From an uncultured delta proteobacterium (GTDB lineage: Bacteria; Myxococcota_A; Polyangia; Fen-1088), in assembly GCA_963796685.1 (NCBI GenBank), contig CAWCMR010000025.1, forward strand, positions 1,216,001 to 1,280,000: 64,000 nt of DNA. The letters run 5' to 3'. A model generated the notes under the pieces. The model worked only from the letters and a program-made list of their open reading frames with translations. It ran no database searches and was not told the origin of the DNA. Of the stretch, positions 20,111 to 29,900 are shown piece after piece. Position numbers and translations under genes: made by a program. Each line of letters opens with the position of its first letter. Position 1 is the first letter of the stretch.

Positions 20111-21401
20111 GGCCATGCACCAGAATTAACTCGTCAACTTCGCCAAAGTGTGACTATATTGCCGGGTGCTTCGCAACGAGGGACTGGAGGCCGCAGTCGT
20201 AAGCAAGTATTCGGCAATCGCGGCTGTGCTTGACGAGCGAGCGCGTCGGCTTTGGGCAGCCGCCGAGTCGCGTGCGATCGGATATGGTGGGGATGCACTT
20301 GTGTCCGCGGCGACTGGCCTGGCACGAGACACGGTTCGTCGCGGTCGATTGGAGATCGAGGAGGGAGTCTCCGCTACAGGCCGAGTTCGTCGCGTTGGAG
20401 CCGGGCGGCCAAGCTTCAAGAAGACGCAACAAGGTCTGGAAGTGGCGCTGGAGAGACTGGTGGACCCGCTCACACGCGGCGATCCCATGTCGCCACTGCG
20501 ATGGACGTGCAAGAGCCGAGCGAAGCTGGCCGCGGCGCTCTCGGCGGATGGCTGGACGGTGAGTTCAACGACCGTGGGGCGGCTTCTGCACGGCCTTGGC
20601 TATCGCCTGCAGGCTGTGCAGAAGAGCCGTGAAGGAACCTCGCATCCGGACCGCAACGAGCAGTTCGAGTACATCAACGCGACCGCAGAGAGGTATCTGC
20701 GACGCAAACAGCCTGTCGTATCGGTCGACACCAAGAAGAAGGAACTCGTCGGTGATTTCAAGAATGGCGGACGGGAATGGCAACCGAAGGGCACGCCGGA
20801 CAAGGTGCTGGTACACGATTTCCCTGGCGACTCGGTGGGCAAGGCCATCCCGTATGGCGTCTACGATATGGCTCGCAACGAGGCGTGGGTCAGTGTCGGC
20901 CGAGATCACGACACACCCAAGTTCGCGGTTGCTTCGATTCGGCAGTGGTGGAAAACGATGGGTCAGCAGGCGTACCCCGAGGCAAAGAACCTGTTCATCA
21001 CTGCTGACGCCGGAGGAAGCAACGGGTATCGGGCACGCGCCTGGAAGGTCGAATTGCAGAAGTTCGCCGACGACAGCGGATTGCGGATCCGAGTCAGCCA
21101 CTTTCCCCCTGGTACGAGCAAGTGGAACAAGATCGAGCATCGGCTCTTCTGCCACATCACGCAGAACTGGCGTGGCAAGCCATTGCGCACCTTCGAAACG
21201 ATCGTGGATTTGATCGGCAATACGCGAACGGAAGCAGGCTTGCGGGTCAAGGCCAAGCTCGACCTGCGCAAGTACAGTACTGGCGTGGAAGTTTCAGAGA
21301 CTGAGATGCACAGGCTCTCATTGCGACCGCACACGTTCCATGGCGAGTGGAACTACGAGCTGCAACCCCGCGAGTTGACTAGGTAATTAGGATCAAAGGC
21401 C
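20111..21401 (+). mobile_element. ISAzo13-family insertion sequence, copy 1
   Basis: Imperfect IRs GGCCATGCACCAGAATTAAC / GGCCTTTGATCCTAATTACC, flanked by TTA and TAA. Near-identical to 41768..43058. Confidence 0.92.
20166..21386 (+). CDS. ISAzo13-family transposase
   Basis: LDERARRLWAAAE, GDPMSPLRWT, SVDTKKKELVG, ADAGGSNG, FPPGTSKWNKIEHRLF. Confidence 0.95.
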   Translation: MLRNEGLEAAVVSKYSAIAAVLDERARRLWAAAESRAIGYGGDALVSAATGLARDTVRRGRLEIEEGVSATGRVRRVGAGRPSFKKTQQGLEVALERLVDPLTRGDPMSPLRWTCKSRAKLAAALSADGWTVSSTTVGRLLHGLGYRLQAVQKSREGTSHPDRNEQFEYINATAERYLRRKQPVVSVDTKKKELVGDFKNGGREWQPKGTPDKVLVHDFPGDSVGKAIPYGVYDMARNEAWVSVGRDHDTPKFAVASIRQWWKTMGQQAYPEAKNLFITADAGGSNGYRARAWKVELQKFADDSGLRIRVSHFPPGTSKWNKIEHRLFCHITQNWRGKPLRTFETIVDLIGNTRTEAGLRVKAKLDLRKYSTGVEVSETEMHRLSLRPHTFHGEWNYELQPRELTR

Positions 21402-21405
21402 TAAG

Positions 21406-22939
21406 CAGCCCGTTGAAAAAGTCCTGGTTCAGAAGGGAGAAGGGTGAGGCGTGGCGGCGGGGTTATCCACACCTGAACGCCTGATCAAGATCGACATGCG
21501 GATCGAGACATGATCAAATGGAGACCATGTCGATGGGCAATCGAGAGGGCGAGCAGAAAGAACTGTTCGTGACCCACCAGCAAATGCGAGGCCCCAGCCA
21601 TCCCTTCTACACGGTGCTGAACCAGGAGCTGGCGAAACACGGGTTCGACAGATATGTGGAGGGGCTCTGTGCGAAGTTCTACGCGAAGAAGATGGGGCGT
21701 CCGAGCCTTCCGCCCGGAGTGTACTTTCGCTGCTTGATGCTGGGCTATTTCGAGGGCATCGACAGCGAGCGAGGCATTGTGTGGCGCGCGGCGGACTCGT
21801 TGAGTCTGCGGGACTTTCTCGGCATCCCTCTGGGACAAGCGACGCCTGACCATTCGACGCTGTCAAAGACGCGAACTCGCATTGACGTGGAAACGCACCG
21901 AGAAGTATTCACGTGGATGCTCGGAGTGCTGGCGGAGCACGGATTGCTGACGGGAAAGACGGTGGGCATCGACGGAACGACGTTGGAGGCGAACGCGGCG
22001 ATGCGGTCGATTGTCCGACGGGACGATGGGCGAAGCTATCAGCAATTTCTCGAAGACCTGGCGCGCGCGTCCGGTGTGGCGACGCCGACACGCGATGATT
22101 TGGCGCGAATGGATCGGAAGCGCAAGGGGAAGAAGACCTCGAACAAGGACTGGTACAACCCGCACGATCCGGACGCGCAAGTGACGAAGATGAAGGACGG
22201 GCGTACGCACATGGGTCACAAGCAAGAGCATGCTGTGGACATGGAGTCGGGCGCCATCGTGGCAGTGACAGTAACCGGTGGGACTGTGGGCGACACGACT
22301 TCGGTCGAAGAAACCATCGAGGAAGCCGCAAAGAATCTCCATGCAGCGGCCGAGAAGAGCAGCGCGAAGGCACGCGCGAATATCGCCGATGGCATCGCCG
22401 AAGCGGTGATGGACAAGGGATACCACAGCAATGGAACAGTGGGATTGATGAGCGCGGCGCTCATTCGCAGCTATATCGCCGAGCCGAAGCGCAAGCGGCG
22501 GCAATGGGAGGGAGACCTCGACACGCGAGACGAGGTGTACGCCAATCGCCGTCGGATACGTGGGAAGCGCGGGCGACGACTGATGCGACTACGGGGCGAA
22601 CTCATCGAACGAAGTTTCGCGCACACCCTTGAAACCGGCGGCATGAGACGAACGCACCTTCGTCACCACGAGAACATACTGAAGCGCGTCCTGGTCCATG
22701 GCGCGGGATTCAACCTCAGTCTCGTGATGCGCGCGCTGCTCGGATTCGGCAAACCAAGGCGCGTCCAGGACGGCTTTGCCGTCGTTTTGGCCAGGTTCTT
22801 GTCCTTCTGGCACCTACCTACCGCATGGATAGCCGTCTTGGGCCGGCGTTCTCGCGGTTCACTCCCCTTGCGGGTCTACAGGGATTTCGTCTACCTCGAC
22901 GGCGTCGCCACGTGAAATGAGCACTTTTTCAACGGGCTG
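21406..22939 (+). mobile_element. IS1182/IS5-like insertion sequence
   Basis: IRs CAGCCCGTTGAAAAAGT (from 21406) and ACTTTTTCAACGGGCTG (to 22939) enclose the transposase. Confidence 0.88.
21518..22915 (+). CDS. DDE transposase with DUF772-type N-terminus (IS1182/IS5-like)
   Basis: GRPSLPP..YF, PDHSTLS, IDGTTLEANA, DPDA, MDKGY, IERSFAH. Confidence 0.9.
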   Translation: METMSMGNREGEQKELFVTHQQMRGPSHPFYTVLNQELAKHGFDRYVEGLCAKFYAKKMGRPSLPPGVYFRCLMLGYFEGIDSERGIVWRAADSLSLRDFLGIPLGQATPDHSTLSKTRTRIDVETHREVFTWMLGVLAEHGLLTGKTVGIDGTTLEANAAMRSIVRRDDGRSYQQFLEDLARASGVATPTRDDLARMDRKRKGKKTSNKDWYNPHDPDAQVTKMKDGRTHMGHKQEHAVDMESGAIVAVTVTGGTVGDTTSVEETIEEAAKNLHAAAEKSSAKARANIADGIAEAVMDKGYHSNGTVGLMSAALIRSYIAEPKRKRRQWEGDLDTRDEVYANRRRIRGKRGRRLMRLRGELIERSFAHTLETGGMRRTHLRHHENILKRVLVHGAGFNLSLVMRALLGFGKPRRVQDGFAVVLARFLSFWHLPTAWIAVLGRRSRGSLPLRVYRDFVYLDGVAT

Positions 22940-23008
22940 TTAGGCGCTGCGCCCTTGCCCTCAGCGCAATTTGTATTTGCAGGTGGCAGGTCGCCGAAAT
23001 ACCCTTGC

Positions 23009-23128
23009 ACGCATCATCCGGTTATGCTGCTGGCGAACGGGCAGGTGCTGGTAGCGGGCGCCGCGCGGGATCTGAAAAGCTCGGAGTTTTACGGCCCCGA
23101 GCACGGAGCCTGGACGGCAACGAAGTAG
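23009..23128 (+). pseudogene. Isolated Kelch-repeat fragment
   Basis: Reads HHPVMLLANGQVLVAG...KSSEFYGPEHGAWT*, resembling HTATLLxNGKVLVAGG...SAELYDPxxGxW. Confidence 0.5.
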
Positions 23129-23214
23129 TCTTGGTGCCTGGGCTCGGTCGGCGGGATGGCGCTCTGACCAGGCCGCTGCCCTCCAAGCGCACCGGACGCC
23201 GACGTCTGGTCATA

Positions 23215-23690
23215 CCGTCTCGAAGAAGACCGACGAGAAACTGCCAGAACTTCTCCACCGAGCTCGCGCTCACTTGCTCGTCGGGCGAATGGGCGTTCTT
23301 CATGGTCGGGCCGAACGTGCGCGAGGACGCGAATGGCGTTGCCCCTCCCCTTGTGGCGGCAACGCGTTTCACTGGGCGAGTGACCAACGAGTCGAGCCCG
23401 CCGGCGCAACCGATGGTGAGCACATCCTCCTCCTCGCTGTCGAGGTTCAGCAGGATTTCGCCACGCAGCCAGCCAGGAGCGAGGCCCTCGGCGCCGGTCA
23501 AGCCGGTCTCTTCGTCCGCGGTGAGCAGAACCTCGAGCGGACCGTGGTCGACGTCAGTTGCCTCAAGCACAGCCATAGCTGCGGCAACGCCAATTCCGTT
23601 GTCAGCACCCAGCGTGGTTCCGTCGGCGTGTACAATGTTCCCGACGCGCACCAAGCGGAGCGGAGCGGTCATGAAGTCGTGCGCTGTCAC
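23215..23690 (-). pseudogene. pepD: PepD (aminoacyl-histidine dipeptidase, M20) remnant with 5' truncation and internal deletion
   Basis: GTTLGADNGIG, LTADEETGLTGA, LLNLDSEE, IGCAGG joined almost directly to the C-terminal FGPTMKNAHSPDE. Confidence 0.8.
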
Positions 23691-25009
23691 TTGATTTGCG
23701 AAAAGAAGCTCCAGGTATCGTTCGCCCAATTGGAAGGCAGGGTGTGGCCGAGCCCAGGATAGCTGCACTCGACGAACGGATGGGAGCAGTTCGCGTAGGA
23801 GACGCAAGGCGAGGGCGAGGTGGCCGACGAGCTCGATGAGCAGACATTAGCGGTCCGGAATAGCTGACTAGTCGTCGCGAACATTTGGGCAGTGTACGCA
23901 CCGTCGTCATGAGCATCGTGGGTAAATCGGATGGAGGCAGCGCTTTGGGTTGGGCAGGGGTAGTTAGCGTAGGTCTTGTAGTCAGCGGGGTTCGAGAATT
24001 CATCTGAACAAGAGGCCGCCGAAACACCTCGGATCTGATTGCCGCGACAGCACGTCAATGCGGTCACGAAATCACCGCCCCAAGAAAAGCCCGCGACAAA
24101 GACTCGTTTAGGATCCACGCAGTAGGTTGTCTTGATAGCCGACAACATGTTGTCGAAGAAAACCATGTCGTAGCCTCCGCAGAGATCATTCCATCCGACG
24201 CCGTAACCTTGATAGGCTATACCCTGCGGAAATACGAAAATGGAACTGCTGCTGGCACCGGCAGCACTCTGCAGGCCCATGGACTTGGCATCTTTCTCTG
24301 ATCCTCCTGCGCCGTGGAACACGAACGTCACAGACAGTGGAGATCCGGCTGGGTAGCTGGTCGGAACTAGGACTTCGAAATTGCGCATCGTTCCGCTCCC
24401 ATCCTTGGTGGAGAGGTGTCTGTCGCCCGTGGCCTGACCTGTGCTCGTGCACCCGGAGCTACCTGCACTGGCCCCGCCCGACGATGACGGGAGACTGCCG
24501 CCAGAGCCACCCCCGGTCGTCGTGCCTAGGCCCCCGCTGCCGCCTTGTACGCTGGTGGCGGTCGACGATGTGCCACCAGTACCGCTGCCGGAGCTGCCTC
24601 CCGCGCGACCCGAGCTACCACCCAAAGCTGTCGTTGCACCGCCAGAATGGCCACTGCCTCCGGTTCCCGTCCCGGGGCCGCCGCCGGACGCTGATGTTGT
24701 GCCCCCGGCACTGTTGGCGCCGCCGGTTCCGCGTCTCCAGCCACGTCTCAATTTCAAGATCGCGCCGACAGCGCTCTCGGTGGCATCAGTCTCCACCCAC
24801 ACGCTACCATCGGCTACGGAAGTCGCGCTAGCAACACTCGTGCCGCTGCCAATCACTTCGCCAGTGCTGCCACCGCCTGCAGATGGGCTGGCAGACATTG
24901 ATCCTGACTGCTCACTCCAGCAATTTGCGCCCATACCAAGGATTGCAACCATAAGGGAGGCGCTAGCAATAATGCCGAGTTGTGAAGGTCCTGTTCCAAA
25001 CGATTTCAT
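23687..25009 (-). CDS. Secreted esterase (LpqP/feruloyl-esterase-like), paralog 2
   Basis: Leader ending GMGANC, Gly/Ser linker, FHGAGG, GFSWG, GLGHTLP. Homologous to 15076 and 40698. Confidence 0.8.
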   Translation of the reverse strand: MKSFGTGPSQLGIIASASLMVAILGMGANCWSEQSGSMSASPSAGGGSTGEVIGSGTSVASATSVADGSVWVETDATESAVGAILKLRRGWRRGTGGANSAGGTTSASGGGPGTGTGGSGHSGGATTALGGSSGRAGGSSGSGTGGTSSTATSVQGGSGGLGTTTGGGSGGSLPSSSGGASAGSSGCTSTGQATGDRHLSTKDGSGTMRNFEVLVPTSYPAGSPLSVTFVFHGAGGSEKDAKSMGLQSAAGASSSSIFVFPQGIAYQGYGVGWNDLCGGYDMVFFDNMLSAIKTTYCVDPKRVFVAGFSWGGDFVTALTCCRGNQIRGVSAASCSDEFSNPADYKTYANYPCPTQSAASIRFTHDAHDDGAYTAQMFATTSQLFRTANVCSSSSSATSPSPCVSYANCSHPFVECSYPGLGHTLPSNWANDTWSFFSQIK

Positions 25010-25571
25010 TCTTACCTCCAATTCAGTGCGCGTGGGAATTTTGCTGACCGTCGAAGTCAACTATCGGGACAGCTACGATGTTCTCGGAAGAAAGTTGCAG
25101 ATATGAACTCGGTCTCATTAGGATGGCTGCTGTACCCCGTCGACCAAGTGAACTGGTGGGCGACGAACCGTACATGCAAGGAACGAGCCGAATATGCAAA
25201 GGCTGATTCAGCCTCAAAAATCGCCATCATGGGGTACTATGAGACGATTTTTCGAACCAAAGGTTAGTCAACATGATTTGAGCGGGCCATCAATATGAGT
25301 GGATCGCCTTGGCCAGACGGCGCGGGCAAGACCTAGGAAATGAGGCACGCGGCTGCAGCATTTACCGGAGTGTGGGCGCGTTAGCACTTGAAGATCTTGC
25401 GGATTTTTCCTGTTCCCGGTAGCCCGGCAGCCATCAAGCCCCTCCGGTCACATCCAAGCTGACACGGTCAAGGCAGCAATGGGGCGCAGGGAAAGACGCA
25501 TCGGGAATGCTAACGTAGCCACGTCCATCGAGCAGCCCGGCGCAGCTCTTGGACGGGAGGCCATGGTGAGC

Positions 25572-26642
25572 TCAGCGAGCGCAGCGGAAGCCCAGGTCGC
25601 TCATTCGAGTGCTTGGCAGCTGCCGATCGCGCAGGGTGGCCTGGACTCGAGCTGGCAGGAAGTTGCCCCAGCCACCGCCACGGCACACGCGAGGCGCCGC
25701 ATCTGTCGAGGGTGGACGGGGATCGGTCGCCGAGGCGGAGGTGTAGCGCGTATAGCTATCAGCGGTCCACTCCCGGACGTTTCCTGCCATGTCCAGGATG
25801 CCAAACGGACTGGCCCCCTGGGGAAAGCTGCCGACTGGCGCTGTGGTCGGCCAGCCGTCATCACCCTTGTAGGTCCCGACCCACACCTCACCAAGTTGTT
25901 GCTTAGCCATTGCCACACATTCGCGTCCGCAGGCATTCACCCGAGCTGGATCTGGATCCTGGTCACCCCAGGGGTACTTGCGACCGTCATCGCCGCGGGC
26001 GGCGAATTCCCATTCGGCCTCAGTCGGCAGGCGGCCACCCGACCACGCGCAGTAGGTTGCCCCTTGTTGCCAATTCACGCAGTTCATGGGGTGTTGATCC
26101 ATGTCGGCCTTTCCCCAGTGACAAAAGAGGCTCCATTGGGGCCAGCGCTCGGAGGAGTAGCGCGCCCACTGCGCGGTCGTGTTTCCGGGTGGGCAGGCTC
26201 CCGCCTGCACGCAGGCGCGATAGGCTGCGACTGTGACCTCGGTCTTGTCGATGCAGTATTCAGATAGAGTCACCCGATGTTCGGGCCCTTCGTCCTCATC
26301 ACCCTCATGTGAACCCATCAGGAAGCTTCCGCCCGGGATGAATGTCTGGTTGGCAGCGCAATCCAGAATTGGCGAGGTTTGCGTGGGGACCGCCTCGCGC
26401 AAGGTGGCATTGTCCGCCGCTGCCTTGTCCGCCGCTACCTTGTCCGCCGCTATCTGGGGCAGCCGAACCGATGCGGCGGCTTTGGACGAAGTAGGGCTGG
26501 ACTGTGGCGGCTCTGGGACTTCCCAGGAAGTAGCTTCGAGAACCCATGCGACCCCCAGGCCAACCCAAAGGAGCACCTGGAGTGACCGCAGGTTGATTCC
26601 TTTGGTTGACGCGGAATGTTGCGATGGGGCTGGCCCACTCAT
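25572..26642 (-). CDS. Formylglycine-generating-enzyme (SUMF1/FGE-sulfatase) domain protein
   Basis: IPGGSFLMGS, IDKTEVT, RLPTEAEWEFAARG, DMAGNVREW, RGGGW, LGFRCAR. N-terminal TM segment. Confidence 0.9.
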   Translation of the reverse strand: MSGPAPSQHSASTKGINLRSLQVLLWVGLGVAWVLEATSWEVPEPPQSSPTSSKAAASVRLPQIAADKVAADKAAADNATLREAVPTQTSPILDCAANQTFIPGGSFLMGSHEGDEDEGPEHRVTLSEYCIDKTEVTVAAYRACVQAGACPPGNTTAQWARYSSERWPQWSLFCHWGKADMDQHPMNCVNWQQGATYCAWSGGRLPTEAEWEFAARGDDGRKYPWGDQDPDPARVNACGRECVAMAKQQLGEVWVGTYKGDDGWPTTAPVGSFPQGASPFGILDMAGNVREWTADSYTRYTSASATDPRPPSTDAAPRVCRGGGWGNFLPARVQATLRDRQLPSTRMSDLGFRCAR

Positions 26643-26730
26643 GGCCCTGCAGAGTACTACAGCCCGGACTGAATTTCAGAGAGCCCGAACCGAGAATTGC
26701 CCCGAAGATTGGGGTATTCCTGGGACAGGT
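26585..26730. repeat. Direct repeat copy 1 (FGE gene 5' end and upstream region)
   Basis: ACCGCAGGTTGAT.CC.TTGGTTGACGCGGA...GCCCACTCATG..CTGCAGAGTACT...GAGCCCGAACCGAGAATTGCCCC recurs at 40260-40406. Confidence 0.85.
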
Positions 26731-26927
26731 CCATCTCGACTTGTTGCCGGTGAGCGAGTTCCTCTCGTATGCTGCATAATCGTCGCTGTTTGCGAAATCG
26801 CTGTGTCTCGACGGGCGAAATGATCTAAAATACGCCCCGGCGGTCGTTGCCCACCATCGTACTGACGCGCGGCGGGGGGCGACCAGAAGTTCTTCGAGTT
26901 TAGGCAATCTATGCGGGGGCTGACACG

Positions 26928-29900
26928 TTGAGCCGACTATCCATACCTTCCCTTTTCGCTCGAGTTGCCAGCGACAATCCCGGTGCTACTGCCCAATGCA
27001 GCTACGCAGCTGACACCTGGCATCGGATTGACTACGCGACCCTTCTCCGGCAAGCCCGGCAGGTTTCTTCGGCGCTGAAGTCCGCTGGCCACAAGCCGGG
27101 AGATGCGGTGGTCCTCCCGTCGGTGCGCACGTCGCACCTTTGCGGACACCTGCTGGGCATTCTGTGGGCGGGCGGCCATTACGTGTTCATCGACCCTCGC
27201 TACCCACGCGAACATCAGGCATTCGTTGCACAAGAATGCGGATCACGGCTCGGACTGCTTGAGGAAGGCAGCCCTTCCCTGGATGTCGCGGTGCACTGGC
27301 TGGGCGTCGATTGGAATAGAGAGCCCCCGGATGATAGCGACCCCAGTCCCGATTCCGAACTACCCGCCTACGTCGTCTTCACGTCTGGCTCGACCGGAAA
27401 ACCCAAGGGGGTCGTGGTCCCGCATCGAGGCGTGGTTCGGTTGGTCCGGGACACCAGCTATATCGAATTTTCCCCCCGCCAGGTTTACCTCCAACTGTCC
27501 GCCTTGAGCTTTGATGCGTCAACGCTCGAGCTCTGGGGTCCGCTGCTCAACGGCGGCACGTGTGTCTTGCACCCAGACTCCGGGGCCACGACCGCTGCAT
27601 CCATCAAAGACAGTCTTGAGTCCCAGGGGGTCACCACGCTGTGGCTCACGTCGTCTCTCTACAACACCATCATCTCAGAGCATCCCGAGGCCATCCGGTC
27701 TGTGCGACAGTTGTTGGTAGGTGGGGAGGCGCTGTCGGTCACACACATTCGGCGTGGCCTGGAGTTGCTGCCCGAAACCCAGATGTTCAACGGGTATGGC
27801 CCGACTGAGAACACGACCTTCACAACAGTCTATCGAATTCCACGCACCCTGCCCGGTGACACCAAGCGTATTCCCATCGGTTTTCCGATCGATGGAACGC
27901 ACTGCGAGATCTTCAACGAGAAACTGGAACCCGAGCTCGACCAAGCCAAGCCCGGTGAGCTCATCGTCTTTGGTGATGGGCTGGCCTTGGGCTATCTGCA
28001 GCGCCCTGAGCTCACCTCCGAGAAATTCGTGGACGTCCACTGTGCCGACGGGCTGAAGCGTCGAGGGTACCGAACGGGCGATCTGGTTCTTCGCAATCCC
28101 GACGGAAGCTATGATTTCGTCGCCCGCAACGACAAGCAAGTCAAAATTGATGGCCATCGCATCGAGCCGGGAGAAATCGAACTGTATCTGAACCAACTGC
28201 CCGCCATTGCAGAAGCGAGGGTTATGCTGCGGGTGGGGCCCGAGGGACAGAAGCGGTTAGCCGCCTATTTCGTCACGAAAGCGCCACTGGATCGCTCAGT
28301 TCTGAGGCAGCAGTTGGAGCAACATTTCCCAGCGCACATGGTTCCTCACTTCTTGCTTCCCATGCAAGCATTGCCCAAGAATCAAAATGGCAAGCTGGAC
28401 GAATCGAAGCTACCAGACCCGTTCGCGGAGACCACGAAGCGACAACACGACCATGCCGCCGTTGCGCAGTGTTGGCGAGAGATTCTTGGGCGTTCAGTCG
28501 AGACCAGCGATAACTTCCTAGACGCGGGGGGAACCTCGCTCGAAGCCTTGCGGCTCGCGGAGAGGCTGGGAACCCGATTCGGCGTGGCACTTCCGGCGAC
28601 CTTCGTTTTCGAGTACCCGACCATCGACAGCCAGAACCGGTATTTTGCCCCGCAGGCGCCCAAAGATACTCTTGTGCATGCCGTCGGAGGATCCCGGATC
28701 CAGTTGGCGATCGTGGGTATGGCTGCACGCTTGCCAGGGGCTCGGGATGTCGAGGAGTACTGGCGCAATCTCCTGACCGGTCAAGAGAGCATCACGTTCT
28801 TCTCCGCCGACGAGTTGGATGCGGCCGTGGACGACCAGGAAAAGTCTCAGCCCACCTACGTCCGCGCCAAGGGGTTGGTCGCGGATTGCGACAAGTTCGA
28901 CGCGCCCTTCTTCGGCGTGTCTCCGATTGAAGCCGACCTGATGGATCCCCAGCATCGGATGCTGCTTGAGCTCGCCTGGCACGCATTGGAGGATGCGGGC
29001 ATTCTTCCCGGTGACGATGGTCGCCGCACGGGTGTATTCGTCGGGGCGAACTGGGCCCGGTACTACCAGCAGAACATCCTGCCCAACGCCGCCGTCATCA
29101 AGCGGGTCGGGGTCCTCGGCGCCGCCCTGGGGAATGAAACGGACTTTCTCTGCACGCGGGTCTCCTACAAGCTCAACCTGAAGGGACCCAGCGTCAACGT
29201 ATACACCGCTTGTTCCACCGGTCTGGTTGCCATAGCGCAGGCTTGCGCCGCGATCGAGCAGGGCCAGTGTGAACAAGCCATCGCTGGGGGAGTATCGCTG
29301 ATAACCCCCGTCAAAAGCGGCTATCTCTACCAGGAAGCGGGCATGCTTTCGAAGGACGGGCACTGCCGTCCATTTGACAAGGCCTCGAACGGCACCACCT
29401 TCAACGATGGTGCTGCGGTCGTGGTGATCAAACGCCTTGACCTCGCCGAGCGTGACCGAGACCGAATCTATGCGGTCATCAAGGGCTACGCCGTCAACAA
29501 CGATGGCGTCGAGAGGGCCAGCTTCACGGCACCAAGCGTGGCCGGACAAGTGGCGGTATACCGCCAGGCGCTTCGCAACGCCTCGGTACCCGCGAGTTCT
29601 ATCGGATTCGTCGAGACCCATGGAACCGCAACCCCGCTGGGAGATCCCATCGAAGTTGAATCGCTTCGACAAGCCTTCGATATGCAGGGTGTCCCAGAGA
29701 AGTCCTGTGCACTGGGCTCGGCAAAATCGAACATCGGGCATGTGATCCACGCCGCGGGTGCAGCGGGGTTCATCAAGGCTGTCCTCGCGGTGAAACACAA
29801 TCAGATTCCCGCCACCCTGTTCTTCACTGAGCCCAACCCCAAGCTGCAGCTCGACAAGACACCCTTCTTTGTCAACAACATGACCACCTCATGGGCCATC

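Noticed and set aside
19722-26642. Diversity-generating retroelement (Avd-like four-helix bundle plus FGE/CLec-fold target)
   Set aside because: No reverse transcriptase and no adenine-variant template repeat of the FGE 3' end were seen in the window. The only FGE repeat covers its 5' end.
28518-29798. Long antisense or alternative-frame ORFs (e.g. 28518..29798, 5395..6483, 10894..12183, 36737..37699, 41811..42812)
   Set aside because: Shadows of well-supported genes in high-GC DNA, with no recognisable motifs.
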